In this document: positions 28,576 through 37,578 of the stretch, piece after piece
How the letters are laid out: each line of letters opens with the position of its first letter
Position numbering within the stretch: the first letter of the stretch is position 1
Made by a program: the position numbers and the translations under genes
Assembly: GCA_943787795.1 (NCBI GenBank)
Contig: CALSNU010000002.1
Location: 448,001-512,000, forward strand
Direction of reading: 5' to 3'
DNA from: an uncultured bacterium
GTDB lineage: Bacteria; Planctomycetota; UBA1135; GCA-002686595
DNA length: 64,000 nucleotides
The notes under the pieces: generated by a model
Database searches by the model: none
Seen by the model: the letters and a program-made list of their open reading frames with translations, nothing else
Told to the model about the DNA's origin: nothing

Positions 28576-31131
28576 ATGTCGCATCGATCCCCGATCCTGG
28601 CAGCTGCTGGGGCCTTGGGCCTCGCAGCGTGTGGAATGGAGGGCGTCTCGGTCTCAGGACCGGAGACGACCGTGGGCTTCGTCAGCAGCGCCTCGAGCCA
28701 CGGGGAAGACGACGGGGCTCTGTTCATCGCCGTCGAGCTGACCACGGACCTCAACGCGCTGCCCCAGCCGGTCTCCGTCACGGTCTCCGACGGCCTGTCC
28801 GGCTCTGCCACCAGCGGGGCCGACTACGTCCCGTTCGCCCCGATCGAGGCGTCCTTTCCCGCGGGCTCACTCAGCGGCGCGACGACCCTCGTCCAGGTCA
28901 CCGCCCTCGGAGACAACCTCGCCGAGGGAGCCGACGAGACCGTCCAGCTGGTCCTCACCGACGCGTCCGGGGCCACCCTCGGGAGCACCACCGAGACCCT
29001 GCTCAGCCTGACCGATGCCGAGAGCGCCGACGTGCGCTTCGTACAGCCCACGAGCCTCACGCCGGATGAGTCGCCGGCGAGCTACGACATGGACGTCGAG
29101 CTCGTCCTCTCCGCCGGAGCGACCCTCGCCTTTGACATCGACCTCGTCGCCGTGGACGGAGGCGCGGGGACGGCGACCTCCACTGCGGACTACCAGGCGG
29201 TCGCGCCAGCCGCGATCCAGTTCAGCGCGGGCACCCCCTCGGGGGCCACGCGCACCGTCACCGTGGACGTCCTCGATGACGCCCTCTCGGAGGGGCCGGA
29301 GACGGTCCGCCTGAGCCTCTCGGGGGCCGACCTCTCCCGGCTCACCCTGGCGGGGCCCGCCGAGCACGTGCTCACGATTGTCGACGACGAGGGAGCGCCC
29401 ACTCCCCTGTTCGGGGCGAGCCACGGGCCGACCACCGGGGTCGAGACCACCCTCGTGTCTGGAGACACCGTGGACCTCGGCACCATGCCCAACGAGGGCG
29501 GCGCGAGCGTCGGCACCCTCCTGGTCCTCGCGAACCAGGGCGGCGCGGACATGCTCCTCGGCCAGCCCACCTTCGGCGGGACGGACCCGACCGACTTCTC
29601 CCTGGAGATCGAGGCCGCCAGCTTCGAGAACGGCGAGATGGTCGTCGCGTCCATGTCCGCCCCAGGAGAGACCGTCGACCTGGCCGCGCCGTTCGTACGC
29701 GCCGCCGCCCTCGGCCCGCCCGCTGCCACGGCACGCCCCGGCGTCGAGGTGGCGGTGGACGCCGCCAGCCTCGCCGACCTGCAGTACTTCGACCACGTCC
29801 GCCTGCACGGCTTCCCCGTGCCCGGGGGCGGCGACGTCACCCTGGAGCTGGACCGGATTCCCCTGCCGATCACGAGAGACGCCGTGCTGGCCCTCGACGG
29901 CAGGCCCGTCTCGGGGGGCCTCCGGGCCGCGCTCGGGGACCTCTCGACCTGGAGCGGACGGGCCCTCGAGCTCCCCGGCAGCCGCGTCTTCCTCGCCCTG
30001 CGCGAGGCCGGCCCCGAGGGCTGGATCGAGCTGCCCTTCGAGGACGGGCGCTTCATTCACCTCACCACCGAGACCGCCGCCACCCCCGGAACCGCGGCCA
30101 CCTGTCGCCTCATTCACGAGGATGACCTGCTGGCCCTGGCGCCGGACGCCCGCCCGCCCCTGTGCAGCGGCATGGAGCTCCCGCCGGGCGCCCAGCTCCC
30201 CTCACAGCTGGCCTCCTTTGGCAGCGGCGGCGCGGCGCCCGGTGCCCTACCCGGTGCTCTACCCGGCGCTCTACCCGGTGACGGGGACCCGCCGACCTCG
30301 GGCCTCGTGACCGTCGCCACGTGCCGCCTCGCCATCGAGACCGACTGGCAGTTCTTCCAGAAGTTCGGGAACGCCTCCGACGCCACGGCCTACGTCACCG
30401 GCCTCATCGCCGCGATCAGCGACGTGTACTTCGAGCACGTCCAGACCACCCTCACGATCGCCTACATCGGCCTCCACTCCACCTCCGCCGATCCCTGGAC
30501 CGCGCCCGACGTCGGCGCCAGCGCCGGCGCGCTGCTGAGCGAGTTCCGCAGCAGCTGGAACAGCTCGGGGTGGCCCGTGTCTGCCGACCTCGCGCACTTC
30601 ATGTCCGGCGCGGACCTCGGCGGCGGCATCGCGTATGTGAACGTGCTGTGCAGCCCGAACTTCGCCTACGGGGTCAGCGGGAACATGAACGGCAACATTG
30701 ACTGGGGGACCTGGACCGGCAACCCCGGGAGCTTCACCTGGGACTTCGTGGTGGTGGCCCACGAGCTGGGGCACAACTTCGGCGCCGAACACACCCACGA
30801 GTACTGCCCGCCCATCGACACCTGCACCACCAACTGCACCGGCGGCACTGCCTGCAGCCTGGGCACGCTGATGAGCTATTGCCACTCCTGCGGCGGCATG
30901 AACAGCATCGACCTCCGCTTCCACCCGCAGGTCTCCAACATCATGCGGAGCCGGGTCGATGCCAGCTGCCTGGGCGACGCGACCATGCAGGCGGGGGATA
31001 CCATCCAGTACCGCCTGCGCTTCGCGCCCCGCAGCGGCGCGGGCGCGAAGAACGCCACCCTGGACGTGGGGCACGACGCGGCAAACGCGCCGTCGCCCTT
31101 CACGATCAACGTGACGGGCCTGGCCCAGTAG
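28576..31131 (+). CDS. Lipoprotein metzincin (M12B/reprolysin-like) metallopeptidase with two Calx-beta-like domains
   Basis: Lipobox LAAC; HELGHNFGAEH, Met-turn LMSY; Calx-beta-like ATSGADY..EGADET repeats. Confidence 0.85.
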   Translation: MSHRSPILAAAGALGLAACGMEGVSVSGPETTVGFVSSASSHGEDDGALFIAVELTTDLNALPQPVSVTVSDGLSGSATSGADYVPFAPIEASFPAGSLSGATTLVQVTALGDNLAEGADETVQLVLTDASGATLGSTTETLLSLTDAESADVRFVQPTSLTPDESPASYDMDVELVLSAGATLAFDIDLVAVDGGAGTATSTADYQAVAPAAIQFSAGTPSGATRTVTVDVLDDALSEGPETVRLSLSGADLSRLTLAGPAEHVLTIVDDEGAPTPLFGASHGPTTGVETTLVSGDTVDLGTMPNEGGASVGTLLVLANQGGADMLLGQPTFGGTDPTDFSLEIEAASFENGEMVVASMSAPGETVDLAAPFVRAAALGPPAATARPGVEVAVDAASLADLQYFDHVRLHGFPVPGGGDVTLELDRIPLPITRDAVLALDGRPVSGGLRAALGDLSTWSGRALELPGSRVFLALREAGPEGWIELPFEDGRFIHLTTETAATPGTAATCRLIHEDDLLALAPDARPPLCSGMELPPGAQLPSQLASFGSGGAAPGALPGALPGALPGDGDPPTSGLVTVATCRLAIETDWQFFQKFGNASDATAYVTGLIAAISDVYFEHVQTTLTIAYIGLHSTSADPWTAPDVGASAGALLSEFRSSWNSSGWPVSADLAHFMSGADLGGGIAYVNVLCSPNFAYGVSGNMNGNIDWGTWTGNPGSFTWDFVVVAHELGHNFGAEHTHEYCPPIDTCTTNCTGGTACSLGTLMSYCHSCGGMNSIDLRFHPQVSNIMRSRVDASCLGDATMQAGDTIQYRLRFAPRSGAGAKNATLDVGHDAANAPSPFTINVTGLAQ
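30240..30279 (+). repeat. 12-bp coding tandem repeat (GALP x3)
   Basis: ggtgccctaccc ggtgctctaccc ggcgctctaccc. Confidence 0.7.
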
Positions 31132-31145
31132 GGCTCACCGTCCGC

Positions 31146-31165
31146 GAGGCTCCGCGCGGAGCCTC
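31146..31165. terminator. Inverted repeat between the convergent peptidase and dsbD genes
   Basis: gaggctcc-gcgc-ggagcctc. Confidence 0.45.
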
Positions 31166-33749
31166 AGCGAGCCTCGAGGTCCTCGGTGACCACGGTCATG
31201 AACTCGACGAAGGGCGACCAGTCCTTGATGGTCCCACCCTTGAAGCGGCCGAGCTCCTCCTCGGAGGAGGGGTCCACCGCCACGTAGATGGGCTGGGCGG
31301 GGCTGCCCGCGAGGGTTTCGATCAGGCCCGCGATGCGCTCGCGGAGCGCGAGGTCGTGGGCGTCCGAGTGGAGCCGGGCCTCGACCCAGCGTTGCTTGAG
31401 GGCGCGGACTTCAGGCTTGGGGAAGATGGAGACCTCCATCTTGCGGCAGACCACTCATGTGTGGCCGGTGAAGTTCACCAGCACACCCAGCCCCCGTTCA
31501 CGCGCGACCCTGAGGGCCAGGTCGTAGTCGTCCACCACCACCAGCGAGCCTCCCTGTCGCTTCACTCCTGCGGGAAGGGCCTGGCTGCTGCCGCCGCTGA
31601 CGACCTCGGCCTTGTGGGTCTCCACGAGGCCCCGGGAGTACTCGGGAGGCGGCGCCATGGCCGACATGATCGTCTCGTCGAGGTGGTAACCGAGGACGCC
31701 CATGAAGCAGTAGGCGGAGCCGATCAGGGTGACCAGGCCGCCGCAGAGCCGGCCCGGTCCGATCTCCCCGTCCGGGGACTCGCCCTTCAGGTTGATGCGG
31801 CCGAACAGGTACATGGCCGCGGCGAGGCCGATGGCCGCCCACATCATCAGGAAGACCTCGCGCGGCAGCCAGCCGGCCTGCAGGGCGATGTCCGCGTTGG
31901 AGAAGAACTTCAGCGCCGCCGCGAGCTCCACGAAGCCCATGAAGACCTTGAGCGTGTTCATCCATCCGCCAGCGGAGGGGATCGCGCTCAGGCGGCTGGG
32001 GATCAGCGCCAGGACGACGAACGGCGCTGCCATGGTCGCGCCGAACACCCCCATGCCGATCACGATTCGCATCACGCCGCCGCTGGCGCCGGCGGCGATC
32101 AGGGTGCCGACGAAGGGACCGGTGCAGGTGAAGCTCGTGATCACCAGGGTCAGGCCCATGAGGAAGACCCCGTAGATCCCGCCCGTGCCGCTGGCCTTGC
32201 CCGCGGCACCCATGAGGAACTGGGGCGGGTTGAGCGTGATCGCACCGAAGAGCGCCAGGGCGAAGACCACGAACAGGACGCCGATGAACAGGTTCGTCAC
32301 GTAGTGCGTGGCGAAGGGCACCAGCAGGGGCCCGGCGAGGACCCCTAGCAGCACGAACATCAGCACGATCCCGAGCCCGTACACCGAGGCGAGCAGGAGC
32401 GCGTTGCCGCCCTTCTCGTCCGCCTGCTTGGTGAAGAAGGAGATCGTGATGGGGATCATCGGGTAGGTGCAGGGCATCAGCAGGGTGAAGAGCCCCGCGC
32501 CGATGGCCAGCAGGATGAACTCCAGCAGCCCGTCGCTCTCGGTCTCCTGGCCGAAGGAGCGCTTCTCGCCATCCTCCACCGGGGCCTCGATCGTGGGCGT
32601 CGACTCCGCCGCGCCGACGACCGCCCCGGCGTCGGTCTCGGTGTCGGTCTCGGCGTCAGTGCCAGTGCCAGTGCCAGTGCCACTACCGGCATCGGGAACA
32701 GCGCCAGGTTCCGTGGCTGCCCCTGCGCCGCCGCTGGCCGCCTGCGGGAGCGTCCATGTGGCGAAGGCCGCCGCGAACAGTGCGTCCGAGCCGGACCCCA
32801 CGACCTCGATGCCGGAGAATTTCACCGGGAGGCAGGCGCCGTCGTCGCAGGACTGGCCGTCGAGGCCAATCTCCAGGTCACCCGGATCGAAGTCGTCGAA
32901 GGCTTCACCGCGGAGGGCGAAGTGGAAGAGGCCCTCGTGGGCCCAGAGCCAGACCTCCTTCGAGTCCGGGTCTTGGGGGTCCTTCTCCTCCTGGACGTAG
33001 CGGAAGGGCTCGGGATACTGAACCTCGTCCTCCCAGTCCACGTTGCCGCCCTCGACGGTGACGGTGGTCGGGGTCCCGATCCCCGGACCCATGTCCTCGG
33101 CGGTGGGGCCGTGGTACATGTGCCAGTGCTCCGGCGTCGCCACCTGCACCACGAGCTCGACGATCTCGCCGTCGTCCCCGTCAAGCACCCTCGCGAACGC
33201 CCGCGCCGCCGCCGCCTCGTCGCCGAAGTCAGGGCTCCAGGTCAGCGGGTCCTCCTCGGGCTCGGCCAGCAGCGACTCGGGGAAGCCCTCCCAGACCGAC
33301 TCCGGCCCAGCCCCGAGGGTCGCGAGGTCCTCCTCAAAGGGGAGGCACTGGTTCTCGTCGCAGACCTGCCCCTCGACGAAGGCGCTGATCGCCCCGGCGT
33401 CCACGCCGGCGGCCGCGGCGCCCCGAGCGGCGGCGAACAGGTAGGTCTTCTTGTCGAAGACGCGCGCCGGCCCGTAGCCCTCGTCCGGCTTCACCTTGGG
33501 CTCGGGGTACCAGACCTCGGTCCACGCTGCGCCCTCAAGCTCCCCGGGGGTCACCGTGGTCGGCAGCCCACCGACCTCGCTGGGGTCCCCCTGGTCATAG
33601 ACCCAGCAGCCGAAGGACGGCCGGACCTGAACGGCCATGAGCACGTCGTCCCCGACGGCCTTCGAGAACAGCTTGACCTTGACGGACTGGGCGCTCGCGG
33701 GTGCAAGGGCCGAGAGTGCGACGAGGAGGAGAGTGAGGAGTCGAGACAT
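31164..33749 (-). CDS. dsbD: DsbD-type protein-disulfide reductase, probable selenoprotein (in-frame TGA at 31455-31457, UxxC)
   Basis: Signal peptide; two Cx4C N-domains; transmembrane PCTYP and CTGP; thioredoxin domain NFTGHT-TGA-VVCRKME continues in frame to 31164. Confidence 0.88.
31423..31442 (-). promoter_or_regulatory. Candidate bacterial SECIS hairpin of dsbD
   Basis: Starts 12 nt after UGA: AAGAUGGA-GGUC-UCCAUCUU, perfect 8-bp stem with a G-initiated loop. Confidence 0.7.
32630..32686 (-). repeat. Coding microsatellite linker in dsbD (GTGTGTGT, TDAE/TDTE)
   Basis: About four gtgcca copies plus gtcggtctcg repeats. Confidence 0.6.
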
Positions 33750-33996
33750 CTTCGTCCTGGATCGGTGCCGTCTCGCGCCGGCGTTGGCGGAAGAGGGGGC
33801 GGGGAGAAGTTAGCAGGAGGCCGCGGAGCCGTGACCGACTGCCACCCGAGGAGTACGGCGTTTTGCGCTCCGTCGGAGGCACAATCAGGGCTCTTGCGGA
33901 CCTGAAACGTGCCTCGATCACGATCCTTGCACCTGACGCTCATGGCGAGAACCGCCGGGCTCCGACACAGTGGAGAGGCGCCCAGCGCCGCGAACC

Positions 33997-34851
33997 ATGA
34001 AGCTACACCACGCCCTTCCGCTCTTGCTGAGCACCCTGACCTTCCTCGCCGTCGCCAACCAGGAGCGATCCTCGCGCGCCCGAGGCGTCTCCCAGACCGC
34101 GCAAGAGCAGGGCGGAGGCAAGGCCACCACCGACGCTCCGGATCAGGCCCGCCGTGACTTCCCGGGCAGCACCCGAGACACGACGCTCGACGTGTTCGGT
34201 CGACGGAAGACCACCTCGGAGGTGAAGTCACCCCAGGAGCTCCTCATCGGCGGATGGAAGCTCCAGAGCATGAAGCTCCGCAAGGGCCCCAAGTCAAGCC
34301 AGGGCGTCTCCGGGCTGCTCGTGATCAGCGACCACTTCCTCTCCCTCGAACTCCACGGCCAAGGGGACCCCACCTCTCGCACCAACGGGCTGGCGTTTCA
34401 CATGTCCCTGGGGGGCGAGTATGTGCTGACGCCCGACGATGGCCTCAGCCTCCGAACCATGATCGGCAGCTTCCAGGACTCCGACAGCGAACAGTTGGCC
34501 TGGGAGCGGACAGGGAAGACGCGCGAGTTCAAGGCGGTCTTCAGCGAGCGCCAGCTCGCCCTCTCATGGGGTGGCGGCGCCAACCAACTCGTCTTCGGCC
34601 GCCGAGCGCCGACGATGAGCGGCCGGGTCGACATCTTCGGCCGCCTGATCCAACCCTCCGCCGACGCCCCCTCTCAGGCCCTGGACATCTTCGGGCGTGA
34701 GTTACCGGAAGAGCCGAGCGAGGAGAAGGACATCTTCGGCCGGAGCATCCCGGGCTCGGGGAACGGGACGACGGGCGCGCAGCCGGGCACCTCCAAGACT
34801 GGTACCTCCAGGACTGGCTCCTCAGGGACTGGCGGCGACCGGCAGCGCTAG
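33997..34851 (+). CDS. Secreted hypothetical protein with repeated D(I/V)FGR motifs
   Basis: Signal peptide MKLHHALPLLL; lipocalin-like IGGWKL; DVFGR plus DIFGR x3. Confidence 0.6.
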   Translation: MKLHHALPLLLSTLTFLAVANQERSSRARGVSQTAQEQGGGKATTDAPDQARRDFPGSTRDTTLDVFGRRKTTSEVKSPQELLIGGWKLQSMKLRKGPKSSQGVSGLLVISDHFLSLELHGQGDPTSRTNGLAFHMSLGGEYVLTPDDGLSLRTMIGSFQDSDSEQLAWERTGKTREFKAVFSERQLALSWGGGANQLVFGRRAPTMSGRVDIFGRLIQPSADAPSQALDIFGRELPEEPSEEKDIFGRSIPGSGNGTTGAQPGTSKTGTSRTGSSGTGGDRQR

Positions 34852-34858
34852 CTGCCGA

Positions 34859-37435
34859 CTAACACTGGCTGAACCCGCAGGAGTGGCACATCACGCAGCC
34901 CTCCTCGAACGAGATCCCGCCCTCACACTGGGGGCACTTGACCTTGTAGCGCTCGGCGTCGTTCACCTTCGCGCCCGAGGAGCGCTTCTGGTTCGGCTCG
35001 CCGTCAAGCTCTTCGGCGGACACGCGCCCGAGCAGGAGCGCCTCGAGGCCGTGCGCGTCCTTGGCGGTCTTGTAGCGATGCAGCGCGGTCGCGAGGCCGT
35101 CAGCGAGGGACATGATCCGCCCGTCCTTGGTCGGAACCGAGAGGCTGGAGCCGATCCCGGAGAGCTGGGAGACGGCCTTCTCGAGGCTGCCGTTGGAGCG
35201 GAGCCAGAGCGAGAGGATGCGACAGATGGCCTCGAGGTCCGAATTCGCCACGTCGCCGCCCTTGCCGAGCTGCGCGAAGACCTCGCGCTCGAGCCCGCTC
35301 CGCGGATCAACGGACACCTTCACGTGCATGTTGCCGAAGGGCGTCATCTGCCGGATCCGCAGGGACGGCATGATCTCCGGCAGGCGGACGGGGTCGAGCT
35401 GGGCTCCCCCTTGGATGACTTCGGCGGCAGGAGTCGGGTGTGCGGTCCCGGCCCCCGCCGCGTCAGTCGCCATCCCTCCCGTGGGACGGTCGGCGCCCTT
35501 GAGCGCCATGGGCTGCATGTCACGGCAGCCGTCGCGGTACACAGTGACACCTTTCACGCCCATGTCGACAGCCATGTCGTAGATCTGTCGAACATCCTCG
35601 ACGCTGGCGGACTTGGGGAAGTTGATCGTCTTCGAGATCGACGCGTCGCAGTGCCGTTGGAAGGCGGCCTGCATGCGCATGTGCCACTCGGGCGAGATGT
35701 CGTGCGCCGTCACGAACAGGCGTTGGTCCGCCTTGGGGATGTCGTCAAGGTGGGCGATGGTGCCGTCCGCGAGGATCTTCTCCACAAGCTCGCTCGAGAA
35801 GTACCCGGCAGCCTCCGCCGCGCGCTCGAAGACCTCGTTGACCTCGCGCATGACGGTGGGCTTGCCGTCCGCGTCCTTCATGATCTGGCGCTCGAAGGCG
35901 AGGCTGAACATGGGCTCGATGCCCCCAGAGCAACCGGCGATGATGGAGATCGTCCCCGTCGGCGCGATCGTCGTCGTGTAGCTGTTCCTGAGGCGTTTTC
36001 CCAGTGCCTCGAACTCGGAACCTTCCCAGGCCCCGAAGACGCCGCGCTCCTCGGCCAAGACCTCCGAGGCGAGGTGTGACTCCTCGTTGAGCACCCTCAT
36101 GATCTCCTCGCCGAAGGCGCACGCCTCCTGGGAGTCGTACGGCAGCCCGAGGGAGTAGAGGGCGTCAGCGAAGCCCATGACTCCGAGACCAATGCGCCGG
36201 GTCGAGCGGGACATCTCAGCGATCTCCCGTAGGGGATACTCGTTCACCTCGATGACGTCATCGAGGAAGCGCGTGCAGGTGTGGATGACCTCGCGGTACG
36301 CCTCCCAGTGGAAGGTCGACGTGGACGCGCCCGTCGCCTCGTCCGTGCCAGGGATCACGAAGCGGCCGAGGTTGATCGACCCCAGGTTGCAGGAGTCCCA
36401 GGCGTGCAGGGGCTGCTCCCCGCAGGGGTTGGTCGCCTCGATCTGCCCGACATTCTTGATCGGGTTGGTGGCGTTGATGCGGTCGATGAAGACAACGCCC
36501 GGCTCACCGGAGGCGTGGGCATGCTCGACGATCGAGCCCCAGAGGTCACCCACGGTGCAGGCTGCCCCGTCGCGCTCCAGGGCCGACCAGTCGCCGGTGA
36601 GGGGATCGAGCACCTGGTGGACAGCGCTCGGGTCCGCCCTCAGCTGCTCCATGAAGCGATCCGTCACCGCCACGCTGACGTTGAAGTTGTTCAGCTTCGA
36701 CCGGTCGTCCTTGCAGACGATGAAGTCCGCGATGTCCGGGTGATCGACCCGCAGGATGCCCATGTTCGCGCCCTTACGGAACGCGCCCTGCTGGATGGAG
36801 TCCGACGCCTTGGAGAAGACGTCCATGAACGTGAGGGGGCCCGCGCCCTGGCCGCCAGAGCTCTTCACGAGGCGCCCTGCCGGGCGGACCTTTGAGAAGT
36901 TGAAGCCCGTACCGCCGCCGGCCTTCTGGATCAGGGCGGTGGCCTTGACGGACTCGTAGATGCCCTCCACCGAGTCCGGCACAGGGAGCACGAAGCACGC
37001 GGAGAGCATCCCGCTCCCGCGGCCCGCGTTGGTGAGGCAGGGGCTGTTCGGGAGGAACATCCGCTGGCTCATGAGCGTGTAGAAGTCCCTGGCGACCTCG
37101 AGGGCCTCCTCCGGCTCCGCGTCGAACTTCACCTCAGCCCCGGCGACGGTGCGCGCCACGCGCCAGAACATCTGGCGCGGGGTCTCGTCGAGCTCTCCGT
37201 CCTCGCCGCGGATCAGGTAGCGACGCTCGAGCACCTTCAGCGAGTTCTCGCCGAGGTCCGGGTCCGGCAGATCCGCAGGGGGATCAATGCCTCCGAGGAG
37301 CGCCCCGGCGTCCTCCGCGTCTCGCGTCTCACCGGCGGGCTCCGAGGTCTCCGCGCCGTCAGTGACGGCGCTCACTCCGGTGGCCTCAAGGTCGTGCTGG
37401 AGAAGGTCGGCTGCGTGCGGCTGCGTCGAGGTCAC
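34859..37435 (-). CDS. nrdJ: Adenosylcobalamin-dependent (class II) ribonucleotide reductase with TSCPD-like domain and Zn ribbon
   Basis: PNSP, LSACFV, ATNPCGEQ, TIAPTGTIS, C-terminal CPQC..CHSCGFSQC; start approximate (GTG 37435). Confidence 0.93.
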   Translation of the reverse strand: MTSTQPHAADLLQHDLEATGVSAVTDGAETSEPAGETRDAEDAGALLGGIDPPADLPDPDLGENSLKVLERRYLIRGEDGELDETPRQMFWRVARTVAGAEVKFDAEPEEALEVARDFYTLMSQRMFLPNSPCLTNAGRGSGMLSACFVLPVPDSVEGIYESVKATALIQKAGGGTGFNFSKVRPAGRLVKSSGGQGAGPLTFMDVFSKASDSIQQGAFRKGANMGILRVDHPDIADFIVCKDDRSKLNNFNVSVAVTDRFMEQLRADPSAVHQVLDPLTGDWSALERDGAACTVGDLWGSIVEHAHASGEPGVVFIDRINATNPIKNVGQIEATNPCGEQPLHAWDSCNLGSINLGRFVIPGTDEATGASTSTFHWEAYREVIHTCTRFLDDVIEVNEYPLREIAEMSRSTRRIGLGVMGFADALYSLGLPYDSQEACAFGEEIMRVLNEESHLASEVLAEERGVFGAWEGSEFEALGKRLRNSYTTTIAPTGTISIIAGCSGGIEPMFSLAFERQIMKDADGKPTVMREVNEVFERAAEAAGYFSSELVEKILADGTIAHLDDIPKADQRLFVTAHDISPEWHMRMQAAFQRHCDASISKTINFPKSASVEDVRQIYDMAVDMGVKGVTVYRDGCRDMQPMALKGADRPTGGMATDAAGAGTAHPTPAAEVIQGGAQLDPVRLPEIMPSLRIRQMTPFGNMHVKVSVDPRSGLEREVFAQLGKGGDVANSDLEAICRILSLWLRSNGSLEKAVSQLSGIGSSLSVPTKDGRIMSLADGLATALHRYKTAKDAHGLEALLLGRVSAEELDGEPNQKRSSGAKVNDAERYKVKCPQCEGGISFEEGCVMCHSCGFSQC

Positions 37436-37578
37436 GTGGTGTGGACTGGGCTTGGGACTCTTCGTCAACGTCGCCCCATCAGGCACGGGTGCCGACCTGC
37501 GCCCATGATTCTCGCCAGCGGCTTCCGTTGCAAGGGGGGGCCTTCCATCGAGTGCCTCCAGCCCGCGAAGCGCCGGCT

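Noticed and set aside
26571..28811. 746-aa minus-strand ORF
   Set aside because: Antisense shadow of the sulfatase gene.
31164..31454. Stand-alone 96-aa gene starting at GTG
   Set aside because: It begins mid-motif with only one Cys and is better explained as the readthrough part of dsbD.
37436..37578. Cobalamin riboswitch or NrdR box upstream of nrdJ
   Set aside because: No convincing match by eye; a covariance-model search would be needed.
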